The notes: a model not told the origin generated them from the letters alone. Numbered from the stretch's first letter, positions 9,660 through 19,492 are shown. The stretch: DNA of 64,000 bases from Candidatus Woesebacteria bacterium (GCA_016432365.1 CP066686.1:793501-857500), one strand, 5' to 3'. Made by a program: numbers and translations.

Positions 9660-10034
9660 ATGAAAACATCAACCGACCCCAGGCATATCAGAAGAAGAGA
9701 GGCCGTTAAATCTCTTTTTGCCGAAACCTTTGCCAAGCAACCGGAAAATGGCGAAATGGTAATAAAAATCCTTGGCCAAAAAGAGAAAATTGACAAATTG
9801 ATTAGCGACGCGGCCCCTCAGTGGCCAATAGACAAACTCAACAAAATTGATTTGGCAATTTTGAGGCTTGCCGTCTACGAACTTGAGAACGAGGATACAC
9901 CTCCTAAAGTTGTAATAGACGAGGCTGTGGAACTCGCCAAAGAATACGGTGCGGAATCTTCATCTTCTTTTATCAACGGAGTATTGGGTACAATATATAA
10001 AGACGAAACTGACGCAAAATCAGCAAAAGAATAA
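9660..10034 (+). CDS. nusB: transcription antitermination factor NusB
   Basis: [11 protein letters not shown]...[11 protein letters not shown]...ELAKEYG. Start taken at MKTST rather than the upstream ORF-track start. Confidence 0.8.
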   Translation: MKTSTDPRHIRRREAVKSLFAETFAKQPENGEMVIKILGQKEKIDKLISDAAPQWPIDKLNKIDLAILRLAVYELENEDTPPKVVIDEAVELAKEYGAESSSSFINGVLGTIYKDETDAKSAKE

Positions 10035-10035
10035 C

Positions 10036-10278
10036 ATGGATACCGAACTAAACAACATGTCAGTAAAAATAAAAAGAGAATTGTCTGATTTTCTGGGAAT
10101 CGATATGGAAGATATTGAGCAGGAAACATCTTTAAGAGAAGACCTGCATATGGATCCCACCAGCCTTACTGATTACTTGGAAATATTATCAAAGGCCGGT
10201 TTTGACACCGATAAGGTTGATATGGCCGAGGTCGAAACATTCGAGGACCTTCTTGAGTCGTTATCTTCCCACACCTAG
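10036..10278 (+). CDS. acyl carrier protein-like
   Basis: 80 aa, acidic, ACP-like helix pattern EDLHMDPTSLTDYLEIL. Directly upstream of rnc, as acpA-rnc is in Bacillus. Confidence 0.45.
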   Translation: MDTELNNMSVKIKRELSDFLGIDMEDIEQETSLREDLHMDPTSLTDYLEILSKAGFDTDKVDMAEVETFEDLLESLSSHT

Positions 10279-10281
10279 AAT

Positions 10282-10953
10282 ATGGATAAAGGAAAATTAT
10301 TAAAAGCAAAATTCGTAAATCCCGAACTTTTTGATTCGGCTCTAACACACCGTTCTTGGGTTAATGAACACAAGGGTGTACGCACAAATAATGAAAGGTT
10401 GGAATTTTTGGGAGACGCGATTTTGGAATTTGTAGTATCTAAAAGACTTTTTACAAAGTTTCCCGACAAAGAAGAGGGATATCTCACCGCACTCCGTGCC
10501 AATATTGTTAATACCATTTCGCTTTCGGAAGTAGCAAAAAAGCTTGATTTAGGCCCTCTGATTTTTTTAAGTAAAGGTGAGGAGGATGGCGGCGGTAGGC
10601 AAAACACCTCGCTTTTGGCAGATACGGTTGAAGCAATAATCGGGTCAATTTTTATTGACCGGGGTATCGAGGCAGCAGAAAAATTTATAGAAGCAAATTT
10701 GCTTAAAGACGTAGAAGACCGTGCAAAAGAACCCCTTAAAGACAGTAAATCGTTACTTCAGGAACACGTCCAGTCGCTTGGTTTTGCCGCACCTAAATAT
10801 CAGGTAGTCGAGGAGTCAGGTCCGGATCACAATAAAAAATTTATTATTGAGGTGGTCGTAAACGGGGAATCTTGGGGCAGGGGAGAAGGGAAAAGCAAAA
10901 GTACTGCCGAACAGGATGCGGCTAGACAGGCTCTGGCAAAAAAGGTACAATAG
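10282..10953 (+). CDS. rnc: ribonuclease III
   Basis: Signature ERLEFLGDAILEFVV, a catalytic domain, and a C-terminal dsRBD ending KSKSTAEQDAARQAL. Confidence 0.85.
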   Translation: MDKGKLLKAKFVNPELFDSALTHRSWVNEHKGVRTNNERLEFLGDAILEFVVSKRLFTKFPDKEEGYLTALRANIVNTISLSEVAKKLDLGPLIFLSKGEEDGGGRQNTSLLADTVEAIIGSIFIDRGIEAAEKFIEANLLKDVEDRAKEPLKDSKSLLQEHVQSLGFAAPKYQVVEESGPDHNKKFIIEVVVNGESWGRGEGKSKSTAEQDAARQALAKKVQ

Positions 10954-10960
10954 ACCCCAT

Positions 10961-11185
10961 ATGATCGCGATTCGTCTTTCCAGATTTGGCCGAATAAAAG
11001 CACCTTTTTACAGGGTTGTGGCTGTTGATTCAAGAAAAAAGGCCACAGGAATGGTTTTGAAAGTCCTGGGAACCTGGAATCCGGCAAAAAAGGAATTTAA
11101 AATAGATAAAGATGAATTGAAAGTCTGGGTAGAAAAAGGAGCTCAAATCAGTGCTACCGTCAAGAAATTGATTAGTGCTAAATAA
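10961..11185 (+). CDS. rpsP: 30S ribosomal protein S16
   Basis: MIAIRLSRFGRIKAPFYRVVAVDSRKK. Confidence 0.85.
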   Translation: MIAIRLSRFGRIKAPFYRVVAVDSRKKATGMVLKVLGTWNPAKKEFKIDKDELKVWVEKGAQISATVKKLISAK

Positions 11186-11187
11186 AT

Positions 11188-11415
11188 ATGCGAGATTTAC
11201 TAAATTTTATACTTAAAGGAGTGCTGGGAGAAGAAAAGTTTGATGTAGAAGAAAACGAAGTTGAAGGCAGAATTGCTTACTCCGTTAAAACTGATCCTAA
11301 AAATATCGGGTTGATCATCGGCAAAGGCGGGCACATGATTAAGTCCCTTAGAAATATCCTCAAAGTCCGCGCCACACTCGAAAAGAAAGCGGTCTCATTA
11401 GATATCTCCGAGTAA
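11188..11415 (+). CDS. KH-domain RNA-binding protein (YlqC-like)
   Basis: IGKGG motif. Sits directly downstream of rpsP, as ylqC does in Firmicutes. Confidence 0.6.
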   Translation: MRDLLNFILKGVLGEEKFDVEENEVEGRIAYSVKTDPKNIGLIIGKGGHMIKSLRNILKVRATLEKKAVSLDISE

Positions 11416-11416
11416 T

Positions 11417-12094
11417 TCAGGGTGAAAACGGGTCGGTTTTACCTGCTCCGGTAGACGGGGGAACGACAACAAAAACAGGCTTTCGAAGGCTTCCCATATC
11501 CGTAATCAACTGTTTTTCAGCAGCAGACAAGTCAGCTACCTGCGTCGTAATCGACGGCAGTTTAGTGGGAAGCGGAGACCAAAAAGATTTTATAGAAATA
11601 GAAGAATCAACGACGCCGTTATTTTCGCTAATCTTTATTTTATCAACCACAATCAGCGGGGCAATATTCTGAATACCCTTAATAAACGCAAGCACACCCG
11701 TCCTCGACCCCGAAATATTAAAACTTATGTCGCTTCTGGAAAGACCGGTTTTATCAGCAACTTCGGAACCGCTTTTAACCCCTGAGATTAAAACCGAATT
11801 TTCTGAAGCCACGAGTTTAATTTGCGAAGCCACAGCCAAGGCGGGATTTGTTTGGGGGAGTGCCATAAGGGAGACATCGGCAGCGTCTCCAACAGACACC
11901 AAAACAGTTCTTAAAATATTAAATTTCTGAGTTAAAAGGACCTTATCTGCTTGCGCCTTAGTCAAGGCAGTCCTTACCTCAGATATCTTCGACAAACCAA
12001 ACTTTCCGACAACAACGATAAGAATAGAAACAGCCAGAAGAGGCAGTACCGCTACTAATATTTGTTTTGTTCCCGTAGGTATATTTTTAAACAT
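11417..12094 (-). CDS. pilO: type IV pilus assembly protein PilO-like
   Basis: Single N-terminal TM segment plus a periplasmic domain, positioned downstream of pilM and pilN. Confidence 0.45.
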   Translation of the reverse strand: MFKNIPTGTKQILVAVLPLLAVSILIVVVGKFGLSKISEVRTALTKAQADKVLLTQKFNILRTVLVSVGDAADVSLMALPQTNPALAVASQIKLVASENSVLISGVKSGSEVADKTGLSRSDISFNISGSRTGVLAFIKGIQNIAPLIVVDKIKISENNGVVDSSISIKSFWSPLPTKLPSITTQVADLSAAEKQLITDMGSLRKPVFVVVPPSTGAGKTDPFSP

Positions 12095-12096
12095 GA

Positions 12097-12624
12097 TTAC
12101 AAGATATGAAACGCAGCCAAATATCCGCTCGCCGGATTAAACCCAAAGGTGGTAAGTGTTACCGATTTAAAAACATCCGACCCTCTAAGAGTGCTCAAAA
12201 AAACACCCAGCTCGCTATTGCTTCTAAAGATTACGGTTAAATCAAGTTTTTGGGGGTCTATATCTAATTCGTTTAAACTGGAGTTTTGCCCGATGTTTGC
12301 CAAAAACGGCTCAATCTTATTTAAAATTTTATTGGAACTTGCAACTGCCTGAACAGCTTTAATTTTAGAAAGACGATCTTTAAGAAGAACTGCCTTCTGT
12401 TCGGTTTTTTCCTGCGAAACAATTTGAGATTTAAGTGCATCCACTTCCGAACTTATACCTTGAAGTTGGATAGAGCTAAAAACAAAGAAAGCAGCAAGTC
12501 CTAGCCCAAAAATTATGAATCCTGAAAGTAAAATCACGTTCAGCATTCGTACCACCTTTAGTATTTTTCCCAAAGGACCGCTAACTGTATATTCTGCAGG
12601 TAGTAAATTTAGTGTGACCGCCAT
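12097..12624 (-). CDS. pilN: type IV pilus assembly protein PilN
   Basis: N-terminal LNLLP motif, one TM segment and a coiled-coil region. Confidence 0.6.
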   Translation of the reverse strand: MAVTLNLLPAEYTVSGPLGKILKVVRMLNVILLSGFIIFGLGLAAFFVFSSIQLQGISSEVDALKSQIVSQEKTEQKAVLLKDRLSKIKAVQAVASSNKILNKIEPFLANIGQNSSLNELDIDPQKLDLTVIFRSNSELGVFLSTLRGSDVFKSVTLTTFGFNPASGYLAAFHIL

Positions 12625-12633
12625 ATTAGTTGA

Positions 12634-13647
12634 CTAACCCTCGCGCATGGCCAAGCCAACTGCCACTGAATACAAGGACGCGTAGGGGGCAAGTTTTTTT
12701 GCGGTCTCGGGATCTACCGCGGTTTTTGCAAATGGATTTCCGACCAGAACTTCCAATCCCAAAAGCGAACTTAAGGCAGTAACAATTTCCCGCATGCTGC
12801 TTGTTCCACCAGAGATAATTATTGCCTTTGGAGAATCACCCTTTTCTTCAGTTTGGTAATAATTAATAGCCTTTTTAATTTCGTCTACTACCATCCTGAG
12901 GACCGGGTCAAGCGCCCCTTTAATTTTACCTTCCAGCTCCTTCGAAGAAAGCCCATATGTCTTTTTGTATTCTTCGGCCTGCATTGGGGAAATACCAAGG
13001 CCTTGGGAAACAGCCCGAGTAAATGCTTCTCCCGCAATTGGAATCGATCTGGAAAAACTTAGAAGCCCGTTTTTGGCAATAGCGATATCTGTACTGGTTG
13101 CTCCAAAATCAACAATCAAAACAGTTTTATCTATCGGAGCAAGAGCACGGGTTAGGGCAATCAGTTCCGTTTCAACCGCCACGGGTGTAAGCCCGGCCGC
13201 CTCCACCACTTTGGTATATCTTTCAACTACAGCCCTCGGGGCGGCAACTAATAAAACCAAAACCTCGGGCGGAGTAGACTTTTCATTACGTTCAAGAATT
13301 GTGTGTTGAATAATTGCTTCGGCAATAGGAATAGGAATATATTGTTCAGATTCCCATTTAATAGCGGAGGCAATTTCGGCATCGGTCAGCATGGGAAATC
13401 TGATGGTTCTGGTAAATACTTGAGACTCGGGAATGGAGATAACCACATCCCTCGACGAAACACCGGCTTCATTGTGGAGATGTTTAACAACGGCTCCCAG
13501 GTCGGCATATTCTTTATCGTCAATCATTTTGTCCACACTGTTGCCGGAGTAACCGACAATTCCGGAAGCGGAAAGAGAAAATCCTTCTCCTTCCTTTTGA
13601 AGTTCTACGATTTTAATTGTTTTACTACCAATATCAAGTCCAGTCAT
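12634..13647 (-). CDS. pilM: type IV pilus assembly ATPase-like protein PilM (actin fold)
   Basis: MTGLDIGSKTIKIVEL and an actin/FtsA-like fold (IVDFGATSTDIAI). Confidence 0.8.
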   Translation of the reverse strand: MTGLDIGSKTIKIVELQKEGEGFSLSASGIVGYSGNSVDKMIDDKEYADLGAVVKHLHNEAGVSSRDVVISIPESQVFTRTIRFPMLTDAEIASAIKWESEQYIPIPIAEAIIQHTILERNEKSTPPEVLVLLVAAPRAVVERYTKVVEAAGLTPVAVETELIALTRALAPIDKTVLIVDFGATSTDIAIAKNGLLSFSRSIPIAGEAFTRAVSQGLGISPMQAEEYKKTYGLSSKELEGKIKGALDPVLRMVVDEIKKAINYYQTEEKGDSPKAIIISGGTSSMREIVTALSSLLGLEVLVGNPFAKTAVDPETAKKLAPYASLYSVAVGLAMREG

Positions 13648-13700
13648 TTGAGCAGTTAAACCAGTATACTAGATACCAGCTACCAGTTGCTAGATACTAA

Positions 13701-14621
13701 TTATTTTGTAATCCCTGTTGAACTATAAATTGCAAAGTCAAAAACAGATGGCGGCTCCGGCCAACCCTGAAAAACACTTAAACGCCTATTAGATTGCCCC
13801 GCAGTACCTGTTGAATCAATTTGCGATCCTTGGGAGGGGAGTACCGTGTTTCCTGCAAAATTAACATCAAAGCCGATTTTGTGTGCAACATCGGTATTGT
13901 AAAAAATCCTAAGGCGCATAAACTGTAAACCATTTTGTGTATTATAAGAACCGGCAGGTATACCTAAGGTAGATAAATCAATTTCTTTTTGAAACTCATA
14001 GGTTTCGCTTCCGATTGTACAAGTTCCGGCATCGGGAGCAGAAAAACTATTTGGCTTAGCGGGAGTGTCGGAAGAAACCCTTGTTGTATATGGATCAAAC
14101 GCGGCTCTTGCGATTTTTATCGTTGCTAAATCCCCTGGAGTTGTTTCGTAAAAAACAGACATTTCTACCGCCGGAGTTGTTGAAGCCGATGCAGACGTTC
14201 CGGGATTTCCCCAACAAACTTTTACAGTTCTACCTATAAAACAAGGGCTACCAGCACCGCAAGTTAGATCGTCATTATTTGCCGAATCGTGTGCGACAAA
14301 CCAGACGGTTGCGGAATCCCCCGAAGTTAATGTTAAGGGATAAATATAATTGTTTGCCCCCTCTGCAACACTAGTAACACTGGACGAGTAAGTGGCATTG
14401 CCAATCGATATATTTGTTCCTCCCGCTCCGATTACCAAAGCTTTTTCTATTCCCGCCTCTGCCGCAGAAAAAGCACGGATCGCCTCTTCACTTCCCGAAG
14501 AAACCGCAATCCCGGTAATACTACGGGAAAGAATAAAAAGCACCAGAGTAAGTACTACCGCAAGGAAAAGAAGTATTAATACCAGTGCCTGACCGCTTTC
14601 TCTTTTGTACTTTACTTTCAT
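13701..14621 (-). CDS. hypothetical membrane-anchored protein with a pilin-like N-terminus lacking Glu+5
   Basis: KRESGQALVLILLFLAVVLTLV followed by a Ser/Thr/Gly-rich extracellular domain. Sits immediately upstream of pilMNO. Confidence 0.35.
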   Translation of the reverse strand: MKVKYKRESGQALVLILLFLAVVLTLVLFILSRSITGIAVSSGSEEAIRAFSAAEAGIEKALVIGAGGTNISIGNATYSSSVTSVAEGANNYIYPLTLTSGDSATVWFVAHDSANNDDLTCGAGSPCFIGRTVKVCWGNPGTSASASTTPAVEMSVFYETTPGDLATIKIARAAFDPYTTRVSSDTPAKPNSFSAPDAGTCTIGSETYEFQKEIDLSTLGIPAGSYNTQNGLQFMRLRIFYNTDVAHKIGFDVNFAGNTVLPSQGSQIDSTGTAGQSNRRLSVFQGWPEPPSVFDFAIYSSTGITK

Positions 14622-14665
14622 TTAATTCAGTTTAACAGCGTTTGAATAGTAGGTCAACGAAAACA

Positions 14666-14674
14666 TGATATAAT
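14666..14674 (+). promoter_or_regulatory. extended -10 element (TGATATAAT)
   Basis: TGnTATAAT located 15 nt upstream of the 14690 ATG, in the divergent intergenic region. Confidence 0.3.
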
Positions 14675-14689
14675 TTTAACTACCTGTAT

Positions 14690-15346
14690 ATGAAGCTGTT
14701 CAAAATCATTACAATTGGGGCAATAATACTTCTAATAGCTATCTTGGCCGGGTTATCTTTTCAATATTACCGACAAATTAAGTTAGCCAATGCGCCAGTA
14801 GGAGCGCCGACCGTAATAAACCTCAAGGGAGTCATAAAGCTTGGTAAGGATACCGACCCGCCTAAATATTATTGCCCGAACGAACTGTATATTGTTGCAG
14901 GCGACAAAACTTACCAACTGCGAACCCCCGATGGTTCAACTGAGAAACCTACCGCAGCTTACGCGAAATACCGAAATTCCGAAGTAGAATTAAAGGCGTC
15001 CTTTCAAGACCTTATACCAAATTGCGATCCAACTCTGCCTGATTGCAGTTGCGACCAGTTCGTTTTGGTCGAAAGTATAAAGGAAACCAAAAAAGCTGAA
15101 GCGCCGTTTCCTACATTTTCCGGCACAATTTCCTGCCTTCCTCTAATTAGCGGCAAAGAGGTTACCCCGGATAATTGCGCTTTGGGGCTTGTTACCAATG
15201 ACGGAAAGTACTACATTCTTAAAAACGTACCCGATAGCAAAATTGTAGAAGGTGCCACCCTTACCGTTACAGGGGAGATTGACCCGGGGAAAGTCAAAAG
15301 CATTTATAAAATAGATGCAATAATTAATGTAGTAGAAATTAAATAA
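14690..15346 (+). CDS. hypothetical N-terminally anchored secreted protein
   Basis: N-terminal TM segment IITIGAIILLIAILAGL. Cys-containing beta-rich domain with no recognisable family. Confidence 0.4.
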   Translation: MKLFKIITIGAIILLIAILAGLSFQYYRQIKLANAPVGAPTVINLKGVIKLGKDTDPPKYYCPNELYIVAGDKTYQLRTPDGSTEKPTAAYAKYRNSEVELKASFQDLIPNCDPTLPDCSCDQFVLVESIKETKKAEAPFPTFSGTISCLPLISGKEVTPDNCALGLVTNDGKYYILKNVPDSKIVEGATLTVTGEIDPGKVKSIYKIDAIINVVEIK

Positions 15347-15393
15347 ACAACGCCTATGAAAAAGAATAAACCATGAATAAAATTTGTCGATTT

Positions 15394-15420
15394 AAACCCG
15401 CCACCGGCGGGTTTTTCTTT
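15394..15420 (+). terminator. rho-independent terminator
   Basis: CCCGCC-ACC-GGCGGG hairpin followed by TTTTTCTTT. Confidence 0.6.
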
Positions 15421-15434
15421 ACCCGCAGCCTGAT

Positions 15435-15463
15435 TTGACAAATTTTAAAATGAAGAGTATTAT
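15435..15463 (+). promoter_or_regulatory. sigma70-like promoter (TTGACA-17nt-TATTAT)
   Basis: TTGACA at 15435-15440 and TATTAT at 15458-15463, upstream of the 15520 gene. Confidence 0.4.
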
Positions 15464-15519
15464 AGGACAATAGAACAGCTGGATTTGACCTAGACTGTTG
15501 ACTATTTTTAACCTAAAAT

Positions 15520-17598
15520 ATGACAATAGAATCGCAAATTATGGGTAGTTCTGAGCAAAATGAAACTTATTTAGATGCGGGTGAGCCTTCGAGGAGCTTC
15601 AACGGCATGGATTGGAAATATCAGATACAGTTTGCTAAAGATCACCTAGGTTTTGAGTCTGAGAACAGCATCCGTGAGGCAGCCGATATTTCTTCAAGAA
15701 CCGTTAATGTTGCCTTCCCGTCATTCTCAGTCAGGGCCGGGATAAAAGCGATGATCCATTCCGTTCGTGAAAATACAGTTTTTTATCCGAAATTATTAGA
15801 TGAGGGTAATCACATTGGGCTAGGAGTTGCTCATGCTCACTTTGAGCTCCACCCACCTAAATCACTAACAAACAAAGAGGACCAGACGGCCTTCAAAACC
15901 CAGGCAAAAAGCACTATCACCAATCTGCTTAGGTGGCATGAATTAAAGGCTATTCAAACGGTAATGGAAAAATCCGGTCGAAATTCCATCGAAGGAATTG
16001 ATCAACAGATGTCTAAAGCAGATCTCGCCACTCTACTTGATACCAACGAGAAAGCAATTAACCAAGGGGTCCATACACTTGAATTACTGGCAAAAGGGAT
16101 AAGACCAACTCAAGTAGGAGAGTTGGATAGGGAAAGAATTGCAACAGCGCAAAAAAAGGGCAGAGAAATAAAATTTACTTTTAAGAGGGGGCTTGTAAAT
16201 ACGGTTCTAACAGCCTCTGTCGACAGCAGTGTCGAAGAAGCTGTGCAGAAAATCCGCCGTTTCAGAAGTATAAGAAGAAATGTATCTATTACTTCGGTTG
16301 GGTTGGCATTTACAATATCTTGTTGTGCTCCAACAACGTTTCCCGTTGTTTTTACCGAAACCCCGACAACTACACCTGCTACCTCGCCGACACCGGAAGC
16401 AACATCTACCCCCGAAATCCCTTTTGGATTACCCATTTCCCAGGCCGACATAAATAAGTTTTTAGACGGTAATACTGATCCAAATATCGACCCCCAAAAA
16501 ATCCAGGGGTTTGATATGGGGGCCGAAAAATTACTTTTTGGCCAAGGCAAAGACGGCCTTAATTACGGAAGAATTTTTGTTAACGGTGTATGGAAAGCTA
16601 TCTACGGAACAGTTGCTCCCGACAATTCGGTCATTTGGGCATTGCCGAAAGGTGGCGCGACCCCCGTTGCTCCCGGGACCGCAATTTCGGATTTTGATGT
16701 TGTTCTGACAATGGACTTGCGAACCGATGCCCAGGGAAACATTATTGCACAATACACCCCTCCCGAAGAATCTAAAGATCAAAACGGAGGTAAAGTTTTC
16801 AAAATATCAGTTGACAGTCCCATTGCTTCAGGGATAAAAATGGCCGCACCTATAGATTTTGAAATACAGAAAGCATTACTACCCGAAAATCTGGGGGGAG
16901 ACACCAGATATTCAGATGAAATTCAAAAACACCAATGGGAATACGGAGTTGATGAGAAAACTGGAAACAAGGTAATCAAAGTAAACTGGACGGATACCGT
17001 TGACAAAAAGGGTAAACCTAATTATGAAGTAGCCTATGAAAAAGTTGGGGATAATTGGGAAATAAGGAAATTTGTACTAAAAAGATGGGAAGTAGATATC
17101 AGCAAGATGACCTGTGTGGATATACAGGATAGAAGTAAGGCAGGTAGTTGTGTTCAGGAAACTTTAGAAAACCCAGTACTTTTTTATGTTAAATTCAAGG
17201 CCGGTGACTTGGTAATGGAACAGAGAAAAGACCCGTTTACGGGTGAAGTTTTGCCCGGATCAGTAATTTACACATATGCACATACTAGAAGGGTTCCAGG
17301 TGGACCGGAAGAGGTTGTAAAAATTGCTGTACAAATTGATATTGGTGACGGTATAGATATTTTGCATAGCCCGACCAAAACTAAGCCGGTGGTTTCAATT
17401 TTTGATGTTTCCCGTAAACTATCAAGCGACGACGCAATTACTTATATTTTCACCAAAAGTAAATATAATGAATATGACCACGACTACTATAAATGGCTGA
17501 ATGTATTAATATCTTTCCAAAAGCAACTATACGATGGTGTATTTGATCCTTCAACAATATTTTATCCAGTTGGTTTCACAATTGGACCTGTGTATTAA
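15520..17598 (+). CDS. large hypothetical protein (692 aa) with an internal Thr/Pro-rich linker
   Basis: No family recognised. The internal hydrophobic segment TISCCAPTTFPVVF is followed by the linker TPTTTPATSPTPEATSTPE. Long ORF with consistent codon usage. Confidence 0.45.
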   Translation: MTIESQIMGSSEQNETYLDAGEPSRSFNGMDWKYQIQFAKDHLGFESENSIREAADISSRTVNVAFPSFSVRAGIKAMIHSVRENTVFYPKLLDEGNHIGLGVAHAHFELHPPKSLTNKEDQTAFKTQAKSTITNLLRWHELKAIQTVMEKSGRNSIEGIDQQMSKADLATLLDTNEKAINQGVHTLELLAKGIRPTQVGELDRERIATAQKKGREIKFTFKRGLVNTVLTASVDSSVEEAVQKIRRFRSIRRNVSITSVGLAFTISCCAPTTFPVVFTETPTTTPATSPTPEATSTPEIPFGLPISQADINKFLDGNTDPNIDPQKIQGFDMGAEKLLFGQGKDGLNYGRIFVNGVWKAIYGTVAPDNSVIWALPKGGATPVAPGTAISDFDVVLTMDLRTDAQGNIIAQYTPPEESKDQNGGKVFKISVDSPIASGIKMAAPIDFEIQKALLPENLGGDTRYSDEIQKHQWEYGVDEKTGNKVIKVNWTDTVDKKGKPNYEVAYEKVGDNWEIRKFVLKRWEVDISKMTCVDIQDRSKAGSCVQETLENPVLFYVKFKAGDLVMEQRKDPFTGEVLPGSVIYTYAHTRRVPGGPEEVVKIAVQIDIGDGIDILHSPTKTKPVVSIFDVSRKLSSDDAITYIFTKSKYNEYDHDYYKWLNVLISFQKQLYDGVFDPSTIFYPVGFTIGPVY

Positions 17599-17658
17599 AT
17601 ATCTCCAATAATACTTTGTCTGTATTGAACGCAATCATTAGTTGTTGTAAAGTTAGAT

Positions 17659-19455
17659 GTGGTTAAAAAGATCTTATTTCCAATACTTCTGATACCTATC
17701 ATCGTGTATTTTTTCTTAAATAGCGCACCGCAAGTGGACGCGACCAATGGTTGCGGAGGGTCAAGTGTGTGTAACAGTACAGTAGTTCACAACAGTTATA
17801 CTTGCAGTTTATCTGGCACAACGTGCAGTAGAGTTTTTTCAGGAACCTATACTTCTGACTGTCACGTATCGGAGAATGATTGCTGGACAAATAGTGCTGA
17901 CGCCTCCTGCGCTTTAAATGGCGATGAGTGTGTGTTGTCTATTAAAAGCAGAAAATCCAGCTGTTGTGGTTCGCCGGGTGGTGGGGGGGCCGGTGGGGGA
18001 AACTGTAACGGAATCTATACCGTCGAGACCAGCTGCGTCGACCCGGACAGATGCAAGAATGAAAACGGCGGACGTTGTGATATTAATGGTAATGTGTGGT
18101 GTTCAAGAATCGTCTGTGGTGCTTGCCCCGCAACGACTCCCGTCATTGACCCAATAACAACAACAGCAACAACTGCAACAATTAGCTGGACTGCAACAGG
18201 CGGCACATCTACAAAACTTTATATCACCACCGATTCAAATGACTTTAACCATAATTGCGCCGGTACAAATTTCTGTGTTTTTAAGGGTAATGCGCCTGCT
18301 TCACCCTACACCGTAACGGGCCTAACTCCGGGGGTTAAATACTATGTAAAGGTTTTAAACAGCTATGTGCAAGGTCAACAGTCTTGTAATACAGAAGCAA
18401 CTGCCGACTTCACCACATCTTGCACGTTAATCGCTCCTCCGTCGTTGTCCATGAAAGTTGGCGACCCGTCCCAAGCATTTGTTGTAAATCTTAACCCAAA
18501 TAACACAGGTCTCACTGTCGGCTTCGTTGCAACACCTTCAGGAATCATTGATTTTTCCACGAACCAAGGAAATGCCGGCAATGGCTATCAAACAAATATT
18601 TCGGCGGTAGCAGCCGGACCAACAACAATTACTTCTTTTGTGACGAATCCGTCCTGCCAGGCACAAACGTCGGTAAACATTACAAACAATAATGCCGGGG
18701 CTTGGTGGCAAGTGAAGGATGCCGATCTTTCGGCCAATGGTGATATTAACAGTAGTGTTCCTGACGGACAGTATTTTGATCTTGATGGAAGCGGAGGCTA
18801 CCCCGGAGTTCCAACTTATTCGTCGGCCTCGAATCTGACAAACACAAACGTGTCATTGAACTCAAAATGGCTGGCTCAAAGTACTACGGTTGGCAGCAAG
18901 AATTATGACTATCAATTTTTTGCAAATCAGGTTCCTACCGATACCGTGACTACAACTATTCCCAACGGCAATGTCGACGGTAGTTTTTTTGAAAGCGGGG
19001 GAACCTTGTCTTACGGATATTATTGGTACAAATATACCGGAAGTGGGACAAATCTTTCAATTGACACGCCCGTTAATTTAACAGGTACAGATAGAAAAGT
19101 TATACTTTTGGTTGAAGGAACGGGACTTACTATAAAAGGAAACATCAATTTAACCGACGGACGGGAATTTTTTGGAGCATTCGTAAATGGGGCAATTGAC
19201 GTTGACCCACTTGTAACCTCACTCGAAGGAATTTATTTGGCAGATTCTACTTTTAGTACCGGGGCTGGTAATACAAAGCTTACAGTACGGGGTTCTGTCG
19301 CTACCTACGGAGGTACATTCCTGCAAAGAGACTTGGCAACAGGTGCAGGTAATACCGGCCCTGCTGAGTTATTTGAATACGCCCCAGACCAGATTCTTAT
19401 GTTCCCCACAAGGCTCGGCGCCAGGAAAATAAGCTGGAAAGAGATAGCTCCATAG
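17659..19455 (+). CDS. secreted Cys-rich protein with an FN3-like domain
   Basis: Signal peptide, then a ~130-aa segment with more than 20 Cys including CCGSPGGGGAGGGNC, then an FN3-like ISWTATGG...YTVTGLTPGVKYYVKV, then a beta-rich C-terminus. Confidence 0.45.
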   Translation: MVKKILFPILLIPIIVYFFLNSAPQVDATNGCGGSSVCNSTVVHNSYTCSLSGTTCSRVFSGTYTSDCHVSENDCWTNSADASCALNGDECVLSIKSRKSSCCGSPGGGGAGGGNCNGIYTVETSCVDPDRCKNENGGRCDINGNVWCSRIVCGACPATTPVIDPITTTATTATISWTATGGTSTKLYITTDSNDFNHNCAGTNFCVFKGNAPASPYTVTGLTPGVKYYVKVLNSYVQGQQSCNTEATADFTTSCTLIAPPSLSMKVGDPSQAFVVNLNPNNTGLTVGFVATPSGIIDFSTNQGNAGNGYQTNISAVAAGPTTITSFVTNPSCQAQTSVNITNNNAGAWWQVKDADLSANGDINSSVPDGQYFDLDGSGGYPGVPTYSSASNLTNTNVSLNSKWLAQSTTVGSKNYDYQFFANQVPTDTVTTTIPNGNVDGSFFESGGTLSYGYYWYKYTGSGTNLSIDTPVNLTGTDRKVILLVEGTGLTIKGNINLTDGREFFGAFVNGAIDVDPLVTSLEGIYLADSTFSTGAGNTKLTVRGSVATYGGTFLQRDLATGAGNTGPAELFEYAPDQILMFPTRLGARKISWKEIAP

Positions 19456-19492
19456 TAACATTTGACGTCAAAGCGTATAATCACTTCTTAAT

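Noticed and set aside
19456-19492. TGACGTCA palindrome and TATAAT upstream of rel as a defined promoter
   Set aside because: The -35-like and -10-like elements are only 8 nt apart, which is incompatible with sigma70 spacing. It may still be a binding site, but I cannot support a promoter call.
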